Shown: positions 1 through 9,823 of the stretch, one piece after another
How the letters are laid out: the number at the start of each line of letters is the position of its first letter
How positions within the stretch are numbered: position 1 is the first letter of the stretch
Virus record (IMG/VR): IMGVR_UViG_3300034062_002951
DNA from: an uncultured virus (IMG/VR IMGVR_UViG_3300034062_002951)
Taxonomy: Duplodnaviria > Heunggongvirae > Uroviricota > Caudoviricetes
DNA length: 64,000 bases
Strand: one strand, 5' to 3'
The notes under the pieces: generated by a model
What the model was told of the DNA's origin: nothing
Databases searched by the model: none
The model's input: the letters and a program-made list of their open reading frames with translations, nothing else
Program-made: the position numbers and the translations under genes

Positions 1-768
1 CATAGCACCTTGTTGAACGCCCAATTGACCCAATTGACCCCCCAAAGAACCAAGTCCTTGAGCCATCTGTGAGCCAATACCAAATTGCTGTCCAGCCAAA
101 CTACCAATGCCTTGGCCAATATTACCCAACTGACCATATGCACCAAGTCCGGCTTGTTGCTGTTGCTGGGCCGTGGACAACGCTTGACCGTACCCGCCTT
201 GCAAAGACTGTGCAATGGCTTGGTTTTGGGTCTGCATCAAATTGCGATTGAGTTCTTGCTGAGCAATACCTTGACGGGAACCGCCAAACGCGCCAGCGCG
301 AACAGCTTGAGCATTTAAGCCCTGCTGCTGCATCTGAGCTTGGCGGCTCATTTCTTCCAGTTGCTGGCCCAATACAAGATTGCTGTATGGGTTCATGTAC
401 TGTTGAATCTGCTGCTGACCAATTGGTTGAGCATTTTGCAAAGTACCCGCAGCGGCAAGGTTTTGTGCCTGTTGCGCCGCAGTAAACTGACCTCGAGTAT
501 CCGCTCCACGCAGCAAATCTGCTGCTTCTCCAGTAGTGGCAGTGGCGGCCTGCAAGTTTTGTTGACCCGCCTGCAAGTAGGGGGTGTAGGCCCCAATTCC
601 TTGCTGACCTGCCTGCAAGGCAGCGGTTTGCTGGGGCGTAAATCCAGCTACTTGGTACTGGGGAAGCGTGGGAGCTTGCAAGGCCCCCGCCGCTTTCATT
701 AGATTAAGCTTATACGCTTCGACTTCCGGGGATTCCCGGACTATTTGTTCTGTGGTTTCGGTTGGCAT
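1..768 (-). CDS. Gln/Gly-rich DNA-transfer (ejection/pilot) protein, copy A, truncated by the window edge
   Basis: Not in the ORF track because it has no stop inside the window. Manual translation from ATG 768 gives MPTETTEQIVRESPEVEAYKLNL...TTGEAADLLRGADTR...YMNPY...GAFGG, a clear paralog of 56846..57952. Confidence 0.85.
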   Translation of the reverse strand, partial: MPTETTEQIVRESPEVEAYKLNLMKAAGALQAPTLPQYQVAGFTPQQTAALQAGQQGIGAYTPYLQAGQQNLQAATATTGEAADLLRGADTRGQFTAAQQAQNLAAAGTLQNAQPIGQQQIQQYMNPYSNLVLGQQLEEMSRQAQMQQQGLNAQAVRAGAFGGSRQGIAQQELNRNLMQTQNQAIAQSLQGGYGQALSTAQQQQQAGLGAYGQLGNIGQGIGSLAGQQFGIGSQMAQGLGSLGGQLGQLGVQQGAM

Positions 769-771
769 CTT

Positions 772-3177
772 TTATCCCCGTGCTGCGTTACGTTCGAGTT
801 GGTGCATCAAAGCGTACATTTTCTTTGCGCCTGATAAACGGTCGCCTTTGCCTGCGCCGCGAACGGCCTTGGCAGTCATGACAAATTCGCCGTCAGACAG
901 CATTGCAGGGATTGAATCAGAGGTCGCGGTCCCCGGACCGGATATTTGACCCGTGCGGCGAGGATACCCGCCCTTGGCCAAAGATGCAATACCACCCATG
1001 TCCCGCATTACTGGGCTGGGGGGCATGGCGTTAGACATGATTCCACCCATTGCTGCGTATCGAGGCATGAAGTTGTACATGTTGGCGTTGTTGTAAGGCT
1101 GATAAACAGTACCACTGCCAATTGCACCACTTGGGGTCATGTAAGGAGACGGCGTGTAGGGCATGTAATTTCCTGCAACCTCCGTGGGTCCGGTAGGCTG
1201 TGGGTTAAATGGTTGAGAACCAATAATCTCACCTCTGTCGTTATATTTAATGCCAAATCTTTCCATGCCCTGAGGGGCATAGGCACCGGGGTTTGCCGCC
1301 ACACGGGCCTTTTCATCGGCCAAACGCTGGTTGATGTCGCTTTGCATTTGAGTAGGCTGAGGGGGTGTTGGTGTAAATGCACCTCCCAGACTTGCAATAC
1401 CAAGGCCTGCGCCGATCATTGGGCCATATGTGCCAAGTACCCCCGGCATGGCCGCCTCATATGCCCTTTGATAAGCAGCAGCACGAATGCTTTCAGGGGA
1501 ACGGGCCAACCGGTCATAGGCAGCCTGTCCCGCCGCTTCGGCTTGAGGAATTGCAGCTTCCTTAATGCCGGAGGGAGAAAGGTATTCGTTGTACAGGCCC
1601 TTAGCCTTGTCGAACATGCTTGGTTCTGGAACACGGGCAGGAGTATTAGCCAACGAGCGAGCAGCATCATTTTGCTGAATGAAGTCGCCCAATGGGTCCA
1701 TAGAAGTGGGGGTAGCGCCTTGAGCATTTGCAGAAGGAATAACATCCCCCTTCATAAATGCAGGGGCATTTGCGCCAGTCCCTGTAGCAGGCTGGAATAC
1801 AGGCGTTCCGTCAGGACGAGTAAAGACCTGATACGTTCTTCCATCTGCGGCAACAGTGCGAACACCCCCTGTAGCAGGGTCCATGACTGGCTTGAGGTCT
1901 GCCGCGTTTTGCCCAGCTATCGTGTCACGATTGACAACTTCAGGTAATTCATATTTACCTGTCTCAGGATTAAACTTCCCTGATATGTTTTCCCCAGCTT
2001 GATTTTTGGCCATATCTGCCACAGTGCCTAGTTCAGGAGGCGAAATCTGTGAGGTAAATCCCTTGGTGGCACCTGTAGATAAACCTGATATTGCACCAGC
2101 GGTTATGCCGCTCTTAACAGCATCTTGCAGTTTCTGGCCGGACAACAAACCAATACCAGTGCCGACGATACCGGAAGTAATCGCTGCATTGGCAGCGGCG
2201 TTGGTTACAGCGCCACCAACAAAGTTGGAAACGGCACCACCGGGAGCGCCAAAGAATGCTGTTGCGCCACCAATGGCCGCGCTCTTCAATACATCCTTGA
2301 TGTTGCCTCCGCCCAGTGCAGTTACTGCGCCAGAGGCCAACGCCATGGAGGCTGTTGCACCAAGATTCAATCCTGCAACACCAAAGGCCCCCGGGCCGAG
2401 GAACGTGGCCAACGCAACGGTAGCCAATACCTTGCCGATAGGACTGGATACGATATCTTTAACTGCACCGGCAACGCCTTTGACAACTCCCGTAACAGCT
2501 CCCGTTACGCCCTTAACGGCTCCGCTAATGGCTCCGCCAACTGATTTAACAGTATCACTAAACCACCCATACTCAGGCAAGCCGGTAGCTGGATTGATGG
2601 TGCCCATACCACCCTTGGAACGAAGCATTTGAGCTTCTCTGGGGGTGATGTGCGCCAGCATGGTGTCTTGGCCACGACCACGAGAGGCGACCATGTGTGC
2701 TGCTTCAGCAATCCCGCCCCGCGCCATATTGGCTGGAGGAACGGGAGCCTGTTGGATAGGCATAGCGCCTTGTTGTGCGCCTTGACGGGTTTTTCTGGCC
2801 TGCATGATGACCATGCCCATGGTGGCCAAGAACTCAGGGTCGTATTCCTCTGGGAAATCACCCTGCTCAATAATCCCCGCATCAACCAATTCTTTCAAGA
2901 GCTGTGCATACTCTTCAGGCCTATCGTGCATGTACTGGACGATTTGCAGCAACTGATCCAGCACTTCATCAGGCAACTGATCCAACTGTGGGGCAAGTTT
3001 GGCCAATTCATCATTGACCGCTGTGTACGCATCAGGACTGGCATTTTGCAATCCTTGTTGCACTGCATCATAGGAATCATCTAACCCCAATTGAGGTTGG
3101 GCAGGTGCGCCGGTGTCGGCAGGTGCGCCTTCCATTGGAAGAGCCATAATGCCTTGAGAATCTGCTGCTGTTGCCAT
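772..3177 (-). CDS. Internal virion/ejection protein, copy A (about 800 aa)
   Basis: ORF 772..3195; start moved to 3177 after an AAGGA RBS. Contains GRGQDTMLAHITP..NPATGLPEY, a Gly/Ala hydrophobic segment and C-terminal GPGTATSDSIPAMLSDGEFV. Paralog of 57955..60375. Confidence 0.8.
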   Translation of the reverse strand: MATAADSQGIMALPMEGAPADTGAPAQPQLGLDDSYDAVQQGLQNASPDAYTAVNDELAKLAPQLDQLPDEVLDQLLQIVQYMHDRPEEYAQLLKELVDAGIIEQGDFPEEYDPEFLATMGMVIMQARKTRQGAQQGAMPIQQAPVPPANMARGGIAEAAHMVASRGRGQDTMLAHITPREAQMLRSKGGMGTINPATGLPEYGWFSDTVKSVGGAISGAVKGVTGAVTGVVKGVAGAVKDIVSSPIGKVLATVALATFLGPGAFGVAGLNLGATASMALASGAVTALGGGNIKDVLKSAAIGGATAFFGAPGGAVSNFVGGAVTNAAANAAITSGIVGTGIGLLSGQKLQDAVKSGITAGAISGLSTGATKGFTSQISPPELGTVADMAKNQAGENISGKFNPETGKYELPEVVNRDTIAGQNAADLKPVMDPATGGVRTVAADGRTYQVFTRPDGTPVFQPATGTGANAPAFMKGDVIPSANAQGATPTSMDPLGDFIQQNDAARSLANTPARVPEPSMFDKAKGLYNEYLSPSGIKEAAIPQAEAAGQAAYDRLARSPESIRAAAYQRAYEAAMPGVLGTYGPMIGAGLGIASLGGAFTPTPPQPTQMQSDINQRLADEKARVAANPGAYAPQGMERFGIKYNDRGEIIGSQPFNPQPTGPTEVAGNYMPYTPSPYMTPSGAIGSGTVYQPYNNANMYNFMPRYAAMGGIMSNAMPPSPVMRDMGGIASLAKGGYPRRTGQISGPGTATSDSIPAMLSDGEFVMTAKAVRGAGKGDRLSGAKKMYALMHQLERNAARG

Positions 3178-3213
3178 GTTAGTTCCTTGTGCCATAAGGG
3201 TTTCTTGATCGTA

Positions 3214-3909
3214 TCATGAGGGGATCGCGGAGACAAATGTTATCGACCCAATAGCCGATGGGACTGCTGGGTACGGCATTGGGGTTGTTTGGGCTGCGCG
3301 GTAGTCGATGTATATACCTGTTGCTCCGCCAGATGTAGCGGCCTGATCTGTGCCCCACCACAATCCAACAGTGTCCCCCGCATCCAACTGGAAGACAACC
3401 TCTGAGTACCCGCAGACAAAGTTTGGAAGCAACGCACTTTTCCGGGCTTGGAGGGTAAAAACAGTCGTTGAATTCGCCACATCAGCAGCAGACGTAGAGC
3501 CATTCACACGCAACCAAACAATAGCGTCATGAATAGCGTTGTCGTTGTTGGCAAACTGAAGGCTGTACGTGATTTTGTATATACCAGCAACTTCCGCCGT
3601 GGCCGTGTTGCCTGCATTCAACGTAAACGCATTGCCCTCCTCCAACGTATCCCATTGGACTATGGTTGGTGTATTTGCTGCTGTTGCATACTGTATTGCG
3701 CCATCGGAGGCAGTAATAAATGGGAAGTGCAACAACGCACCGCCCGTATCGGTCGTAAGGATCTGTTCAAAGTTTCGAAGCTGATTAAAGTACAAGCGCA
3801 GCACATTGCTGTACTGCTCTTGAAACTGAGGCGAGTACTCCCGAGGCGACCTTGGCAGGTTTGGAACTGCCGCCGCAATCAAGGATGTTGTTCGATAAAT
3901 GGTGACCAC
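3214..3909 (-). CDS. Tail needle/spike-like structural protein with C-terminal beta-sandwich (C1q-like), copy A
   Basis: 231-aa ORF directly after the nozzle gene. N-terminal helix NVLRLYFNQL, AGIYKITYSLQF and P.PAVPSAI.SITFVS; paralog of 60798..61505. Confidence 0.65.
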   Translation of the reverse strand: MVTIYRTTSLIAAAVPNLPRSPREYSPQFQEQYSNVLRLYFNQLRNFEQILTTDTGGALLHFPFITASDGAIQYATAANTPTIVQWDTLEEGNAFTLNAGNTATAEVAGIYKITYSLQFANNDNAIHDAIVWLRVNGSTSAADVANSTTVFTLQARKSALLPNFVCGYSEVVFQLDAGDTVGLWWGTDQAATSGGATGIYIDYRAAQTTPMPYPAVPSAIGSITFVSAIPS

Positions 3910-6012
3910 TTACCTGCGCCCGTCAGGTCTGATGTCAATACGAGGAGCGCCCATCTGCCATGTCATGTCCAACTGGTTTGACTCAATCTTCATGGCCATT
4001 TGACGACCACGTATGCGTGTGTACACCTGACCCGTAAATTCCTCTACTGGGATCATCGCAGTGCCTGTGACATTTGCGCTGTTGCTGCCGCCAACTGAAG
4101 CAGGGGTGTTGTAGCCAGAACCGGAATTCTTAAGGCCGTAAAGGGACATTGTTGCCACGGGACTGGTCGACGTGGACCCACGGAAAGTCAAGTCTGGCAA
4201 CATGCGCCAGATAAAAGCAAAGTTGTGGCCATCCCCAATGTCAAACTGTGAGGAAACAATGTACGCGTTGATAGCCGCAGCAGTACCCGTCTCATCATCA
4301 TTCAACCCAAATTCCTGATTGACGATGTTGTTGTTGTAGGTAGCAGCAATCGGATAATCCCGCAAGCCAGAATCCAACCACGCTGTACGACCCATCGTGC
4401 CATAAGACCAAACATCTTCCAGATAGTTGTAGGTCACATACAGGTCCACCACAAAACTGCCACTAGAACAATAGAACCACCAGACCTCGTTGAAGCCCTC
4501 GTTTGTACCGGCATACACCTGATCAAGCTGGGACTTGTTGATGTCTTCAAAAATGAATTGACGCAAATCACAGCGCAGTGTTTTGATACTGCCGTCATAC
4601 ATATAGAACTTGTCTACGCCCATCCAAAACACCACGCCTGAAGCCAACGCTGCGGCATTTGGTCCTGCAATCGAAATGTTGTCGCCCAACAGTTGGGAGC
4701 CCCAAATGTAGGGAGGCCCAAGGTATTGCAAAGAGTACAGGGAGGAATCTGTCCACACCACAATCTCTTGTCGAACCTGCATAGCAGTCACAATCTCAGA
4801 ACCGTGCGACAAGCGAATGTCCCCTGCCTGCGTGGTGGCTGTTGGAGTCCAGTTTGCTGCATCTTCCTGATCCGACCAACGGATAAGCATTGGATCTATC
4901 TCGGTAGACCCAATGGCATTTGTTCCAAATGCCAAAACAAACCGGCTTGCGTCAGAGATGGTGAAGTAGTTCTGAAACAACGGCACATCTGATGCCCCAG
5001 CAAGGGAAGACAGGAGAACCCCCCGTTGAGAAATACTGTGTACTCCAGACTGTGTACCTGTGGTGATGATGTTTGCTCCACCATAGGTCGCAGTCAAATT
5101 TGCTGTTGTTCCGCTGGAGTTGGCTACGTAATACACCGTGCCAACAGACAAGCCCGTGGGCAGCGCACCGGTAGTCGTGAGCGTCAACGACATGCCATTG
5201 GTAAGGGTAAAAGAAGAGGATGTAATTACGGCAGGATTGGCAATCGTGACGGTGAATACGCTGGGGGAACTGCCAATGTTGGCGTTCCAGTAATACAGGG
5301 GCCCGCCTCGCGGACCGTAGATCAAGTCTTGGCCAAAGTTGTTTTGATTCCAAATACGCAAAGGGTCGGTGGTTGCTTCGCCGTTGCCCCAAGTGCCGTA
5401 ACCCCACAAGCCCGTTCCCCAACCTGTCAGTGGGACGGAGAAGGAAGGCCCGGTGTTGATTTGGTACTGAGCTACAACTGTACCGCCGGTGCCCGTGTCG
5501 GAAGCGTTGGCAGTGGCAGATACTGTGATGGTATATGTATTGACATTGATTACGGTAACCTGAAATTCGCCGGTCAAAACTGCGGCTGTGATATTGCCGC
5601 CAAGGCTTGTGATTCCCGCACCGCTAAAGGTAACGAAATCGTTGGTGAGGCAACCATGCGCAGTGTCTGTAACAGTTACAACGCTAGACCCTGTACTGGC
5701 AACAAAAGGACCGGTCAGGGTAGCAGTTTCTCTGGTGGGGGTGATGTCGTTATACGCACCGCCTCGCTCAAGGTAGAACTTCAGGTTTGTGCCAACACCT
5801 AAGAGGCTTACGTTACCAAGCGTGACCCACGCCCAAAGTGAGCGACAAACGCCTAAAAAAGAGCTGGGAGAGATGCGTTGCCATCCGCCTATTTTCTCAG
5901 GCGTGCCTTGCCGAAAACGAATCTTGTCGCACTCGTACCATCCCCCCTCGGTTGTGTAGCGTGTGTTTTCACGATTTACACCGGGCTTGAGTAGGATCTT
6001 TTGCAATGGCAT
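3910..6012 (-). CDS. Tail nozzle / packaged-DNA stabilisation protein (P22 gp10 / tail tubular B-like), copy A
   Basis: 700 aa, beta-rich, with KPGVNRENT..GGW, DPMLIRWSDQE, FNEVWWFY and a C-terminal RIDIRPDGRR. Position next to the ejection genes fits. Confidence 0.75.
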   Translation of the reverse strand: MPLQKILLKPGVNRENTRYTTEGGWYECDKIRFRQGTPEKIGGWQRISPSSFLGVCRSLWAWVTLGNVSLLGVGTNLKFYLERGGAYNDITPTRETATLTGPFVASTGSSVVTVTDTAHGCLTNDFVTFSGAGITSLGGNITAAVLTGEFQVTVINVNTYTITVSATANASDTGTGGTVVAQYQINTGPSFSVPLTGWGTGLWGYGTWGNGEATTDPLRIWNQNNFGQDLIYGPRGGPLYYWNANIGSSPSVFTVTIANPAVITSSSFTLTNGMSLTLTTTGALPTGLSVGTVYYVANSSGTTANLTATYGGANIITTGTQSGVHSISQRGVLLSSLAGASDVPLFQNYFTISDASRFVLAFGTNAIGSTEIDPMLIRWSDQEDAANWTPTATTQAGDIRLSHGSEIVTAMQVRQEIVVWTDSSLYSLQYLGPPYIWGSQLLGDNISIAGPNAAALASGVVFWMGVDKFYMYDGSIKTLRCDLRQFIFEDINKSQLDQVYAGTNEGFNEVWWFYCSSGSFVVDLYVTYNYLEDVWSYGTMGRTAWLDSGLRDYPIAATYNNNIVNQEFGLNDDETGTAAAINAYIVSSQFDIGDGHNFAFIWRMLPDLTFRGSTSTSPVATMSLYGLKNSGSGYNTPASVGGSNSANVTGTAMIPVEEFTGQVYTRIRGRQMAMKIESNQLDMTWQMGAPRIDIRPDGRR

Positions 6013-6035
6013 GGCTGGTCACCTTGTAGGAGAAA

Positions 6036-6188
6036 TCACTCAGCTACATTATCCTTGGGTTGCTCAGAGGCGGCTTTGGCTTCCTTTTGGATAGCCTCTA
6101 TGACCTGAAAGACTTCAGTGTATGGGCGTGTTCCAAGGTATTGCAGGATGGCGTTTACCAAGTTGGTTGAGAGTTTGATGTCGTTCAT
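6036..6188 (-). CDS. Small hypothetical protein (50 aa)
   Basis: Manual translation MNDIKLSTNLVNAILQYLGTRPYTEVFQVIEAIQKEAK...; start overlaps the upstream stop (ATGA). Confidence 0.7.
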   Translation of the reverse strand: MNDIKLSTNLVNAILQYLGTRPYTEVFQVIEAIQKEAKAASEQPKDNVAE

Positions 6189-7318
6189 GCTTGTGTTCCT
6201 GTTGTTGGCGCTGGTGTCTCCAGTGCAGTGATGCGGGTTGTCAGGGATTGGATGAGGGCTTGTTGTTCTTTTATTGCGGCAACAAGTAAAGGGATAGTGT
6301 CGGTGTAAGACAAATTTAATGTCCCAATCTCATCATCTTGAACATATATGGCTTCAGGCAATACATTTTGTACATCTTGAGCAATCAAAAAAGCTCTTCT
6401 AGTTCCATTTGGGTCTTTTTTTAATTTTCCTATTACCGACCTTAATGAATTTACTTTTTCTATTGCATTTGTAATTGGCTCAATAATGTCTTTTGCACGC
6501 TCATCAGATACTGCACTCCATGAGGTACTTCCATACGCTTGAGATTGACCTATTGAATTACCATCAAGAATATATATACCTCCAGTGCCATCTTGTGCAA
6601 AACGGGTATATCTTCCTGCCGTTGCTCCTGTATACCTAAACGTTAATAAATTAGTAGTTGCGCTAACAAAAGAAACTTTTTCATCTGTAAATCTACTCGT
6701 AGTCCCCACCAGCAAGTTACCGCCGTTGGGGTTGAGCAATAGGTCGTAATTTTGTGCCAAACTTGTTTGGTCTGTAGCCTGTATCCAGCCAGCGCCACTT
6801 GAAGAAAGAGACCCAAAGTCTATTACTCCATTTGCGGCAGTTCTGATTCTGAATGTTCCGTTTTGGGTAGTTCCTGAAGTAGCAGGGCCAGTCCCTGTGC
6901 CGCCAGATAGACTTAAAGTTAATGCAGGCAAATTAGTACCAATCCCCACTTTACCAGAGGAGTCGATACGCATACGTTCTGTGCCAGAAGTTCTAAAAGT
7001 TAGTGGATGCGCTGTTTCTGTACCAAAAAAAGACAAAGTGGTATCAGTTGACCAATATGCATTTACTGTCGAATCACGAACATATTGCAATGGCCCAGTG
7101 CTTTTAAACACATCTAAACGACTTACTGGCGTAACGCCAATACCAACGTCACCAGAACTATTAATCCGCATAGCCTCCACACCGCCTTCAGAAAAAGCAA
7201 TGGTGTCAGCGGCAGGGAAGAAGATACCTGTGTTTGCATCTGTTCCCCTGATAGCAGGGGTTGCGGCACTACCATCAACATCGGATAGGCCGTCTGTGCC
7301 TGAAAGAATTAAAGTCAT
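6185..7318 (-). CDS. Tail fibre/spike with C-terminal intramolecular chaperone (peptidase S74-like)
   Basis: Repeated RMRIDSSG.VGIGT motifs, an SDERAKDI autocleavage motif, FLIAQDVQNVLPEA and a terminal coiled coil. Confidence 0.85.
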   Translation of the reverse strand: MTLILSGTDGLSDVDGSAATPAIRGTDANTGIFFPAADTIAFSEGGVEAMRINSSGDVGIGVTPVSRLDVFKSTGPLQYVRDSTVNAYWSTDTTLSFFGTETAHPLTFRTSGTERMRIDSSGKVGIGTNLPALTLSLSGGTGTGPATSGTTQNGTFRIRTAANGVIDFGSLSSSGAGWIQATDQTSLAQNYDLLLNPNGGNLLVGTTSRFTDEKVSFVSATTNLLTFRYTGATAGRYTRFAQDGTGGIYILDGNSIGQSQAYGSTSWSAVSDERAKDIIEPITNAIEKVNSLRSVIGKLKKDPNGTRRAFLIAQDVQNVLPEAIYVQDDEIGTLNLSYTDTIPLLVAAIKEQQALIQSLTTRITALETPAPTTGTQA

Positions 7319-8442
7319 GCTGATGCTCCTTTGAGTGCCGCTACATCGGCTTGCAATTGGGTGATGAGGGCTTGTTGCTCCTTGATTGCGGCAAACAACA
7401 AAGGCACAGTATCGCTGTAGGACAAGCCATATTTCTCAGGGTCTTGCGTATCTACAGCTTCAGGCAATGCCGTTAAAAAGTCTTGAGCAATCAAGAATGG
7501 TCTGCGTTTTGTTACGCCGTTTTCTTCATCATATATATACCGCCCTGTTACCGCACGAACACCCGCAACTCTGTCTAACGCATTTTCAATGGGTTGAAGC
7601 TCTGTTTTAAAACGCTCATCAGATACCGCAGTCCAACTTGAAGCTGTATTTACTTGATATACACCATAAACACCAATACCCGCCGCACCTTGACCGCCAC
7701 CAGTGCCAACATAAAAGTTGGTGTCTGTACTTGATTTAAAGCCTATATGCGATTCTACTTGTGCGTTTTTTAGCATATAAATTTGCAACGCAACATTTGA
7801 ATTAGATACTAAAGACATTCCTTGCGGAGCGGCAACAGTTGAGGGAGATATACCCCCATACCCCAACATCAAGTTTCCGTCAGCATCAAGGCGCATACGA
7901 GTGTTTGCAGAGCCGCTTACATATCTTGCAAAATCTAAGTGACCAGTTGCCGAATCACAAGTTAAGTCGTAGCCGTCAGTTGTGTTGGATTGCTCAAGAT
8001 GTAACTGCCTAGAACCCGTACCGCCACCTGACGCTTGTTTAATAGTGACTTTAGCCGTACTGAGGGGCGAAGTTGTACCAACACCAACATTACCACTAGA
8101 GTCGATTACCATCCCTTTTTGGTTGCCGCCAGCGCTATCAATCACATACAGGTACAAAGTTCCAGCGGTTGAACCGTTTGGCCCAAATGCGGCAAGCCTT
8201 GCAAAACCAGACTCTTGAGACAAAGCAACTGTGCTTGCACCAATAGCGCTTAATGCCGCACTTGAGTTAATAGCACCCGCAACATTAAGTTTGTTTGTTA
8301 ATGTAGTTGTACCAATCCCCACATTCTGTGAAGCATCTACAGTAACCGCCGTTGTCCCCGCAGTTTGAAGCGCCAACACGCCGCTGGTGTCAGCAGTCTG
8401 GACTAGACCAGCACTGGTGCTGGCATTGAGTGTTACAGCCAT
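7315..8442 (-). CDS. Tail fibre/spike with C-terminal intramolecular chaperone (peptidase S74-like)
   Basis: IDSSGNVGVGTT repeats, SDERFKTE motif, FLIAQD..LPEAV and IKEQQALI coiled coil. Confidence 0.85.
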   Translation of the reverse strand: MAVTLNASTSAGLVQTADTSGVLALQTAGTTAVTVDASQNVGIGTTTLTNKLNVAGAINSSAALSAIGASTVALSQESGFARLAAFGPNGSTAGTLYLYVIDSAGGNQKGMVIDSSGNVGVGTTSPLSTAKVTIKQASGGGTGSRQLHLEQSNTTDGYDLTCDSATGHLDFARYVSGSANTRMRLDADGNLMLGYGGISPSTVAAPQGMSLVSNSNVALQIYMLKNAQVESHIGFKSSTDTNFYVGTGGGQGAAGIGVYGVYQVNTASSWTAVSDERFKTELQPIENALDRVAGVRAVTGRYIYDEENGVTKRRPFLIAQDFLTALPEAVDTQDPEKYGLSYSDTVPLLFAAIKEQQALITQLQADVAALKGASA

Positions 8443-8606
8443 TATGTGTTCTCCTCATCTGCGGGTAGTGGTGTGTTGCCCTCTGCAAGCCATGCTTGAA
8501 ACTCAGGATAGTCTGCCGTGCAAGTCAGGCGGCATAAGCCGTCGTCATCAATACGAGCGTAGATTTGTTTTTGGCCTTCAACTAGGGGAAGCATTTTATA
8601 AATCAT
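8442..8606 (-). CDS. Small tail-fibre-associated protein (54 aa)
   Basis: Manual translation MIYKMLP...DYPEFQAWLAEGNTPLPADEENT; overlaps both neighbours. Confidence 0.7.
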   Translation of the reverse strand: MIYKMLPLVEGQKQIYARIDDDGLCRLTCTADYPEFQAWLAEGNTPLPADEENT

Positions 8607-9811
8607 AATTCAGCACTCCATCCAAGATATGCAGTTACGTTTTGCCCATAAAGAACCCCGCCAAAACCAGTTGTTTGACCTGATGCAACTGTTGTTTGCA
8701 CAGACCATGTATTTTGTGTGGTTATTGATTGGTAGGCAACAACAGCAGATGACGCCCTATCAACGCCGCCTGTTTGAACTGTGTAATGCGAGGCAGTGCC
8801 ATTTTGCTCAAGAGCAGTTGGGGATACTCTCATTGTTACTGGAAAGCTACCTGTAAATGCACCATTGATAGCAGAAAAAGCAAACCCCGTACCAAATAAG
8901 TAACTTGTGTCATCTGCTTGTATCTTGTAATAATATCTCTGACAAAGCTGAAGTTCAGTCCCATATGGTCTGTAATCAAAGCTCGTTGCTGTTGAGCCTT
9001 TTTCTAGCTGTACGCCTGTGATGTAGAAAGTAGCATTGAGAGTCCCAATTACTGATGTCGCACCTGTGGCTGAAAAATATTGTGCCGTCGCCCACGCTCC
9101 AGCAGTGCCACTATATGTAGAACCTACGCCAAGACCAAAAGCAACATGAATTCCAATACCATTAGTTGTTAACCATGTTCCTGATGTATCTCCAGCAATG
9201 GTTATAGTTTTTTGCTCCCAAGTATCGGCAGTAGAAATTGTGAATGTAAATGGATAACTTCTAGTTTGTGCTGAGTTTCTTAAAGAACCACCAAAAGTGC
9301 CAGTTAAACTTGAACGCACCCAAAAAGATAGTGCAACTGTTGCCGCAGATGCTGTTCCCCATCCTAAATCGGAAATATTGAATCCTTCAATTTTTTGTTG
9401 TATCAAAGCAAATTGTGTTGAAGCTAAAGAAGAATCAGCGGTAGTTGTTGTAAGTTTTAAAGAGTTAATAAAACCAGTTGGAGCCGATGAATTTTGCTGT
9501 GCTGTCATTACACCATCAGTGTCTTCGTATCCTTGCCATCTATCAACAGTGTAAGTTCCACCACTTGCTAAAGTAACACTTGCCCCCGCATTCCTTTGGT
9601 CAATCACCATTGCACCATTGATGATGCGGTTTTTGAAGCCGTAGTAGCCAGTGGTTGTGCCTGTACCGCCTTGGGCTTCTGTTACTGTTGTGCCTGATTG
9701 CAGTATCGTGCCGCTTGTTGCTGGCAAAGTAAGCGTAGTTGTACCCGCTACCGCTGGTGCGGAGATGGTTACTGCACCACTCGTATCGCCATTAATTACT
9801 ACGCTTGCCAT
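8603..9811 (-). CDS. Tail fibre protein
   Basis: 402 aa with FKNRIINGAMVIDQR, ITGVQLEKGSTATSFDYRPYGTELQLCQRYY motifs typical of phage fibre carbohydrate-binding-like domains. Confidence 0.8.
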   Translation of the reverse strand: MASVVINGDTSGAVTISAPAVAGTTTLTLPATSGTILQSGTTVTEAQGGTGTTTGYYGFKNRIINGAMVIDQRNAGASVTLASGGTYTVDRWQGYEDTDGVMTAQQNSSAPTGFINSLKLTTTTADSSLASTQFALIQQKIEGFNISDLGWGTASAATVALSFWVRSSLTGTFGGSLRNSAQTRSYPFTFTISTADTWEQKTITIAGDTSGTWLTTNGIGIHVAFGLGVGSTYSGTAGAWATAQYFSATGATSVIGTLNATFYITGVQLEKGSTATSFDYRPYGTELQLCQRYYYKIQADDTSYLFGTGFAFSAINGAFTGSFPVTMRVSPTALEQNGTASHYTVQTGGVDRASSAVVAYQSITTQNTWSVQTTVASGQTTGFGGVLYGQNVTAYLGWSAEL

Positions 9812-9823
9812 ATCTTTTCTCCT

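Noticed and set aside
946..1947. 333-aa plus-strand ORF and many similar antisense ORFs
   Set aside because: Antisense to well-supported genes, no motifs, and expected from codon bias.
1..6012. Duplicated block as terminal redundancy or assembly overlap
   Set aside because: The copies are strongly diverged in DNA and differ in gene content, so they are not identical repeats. A chimera of two phages remains possible.
6185..9811. Diversity-generating retroelement or invertible fibre switch
   Set aside because: No reverse transcriptase, invertase, adenine-specific template/variable pair or inverted repeats seen.
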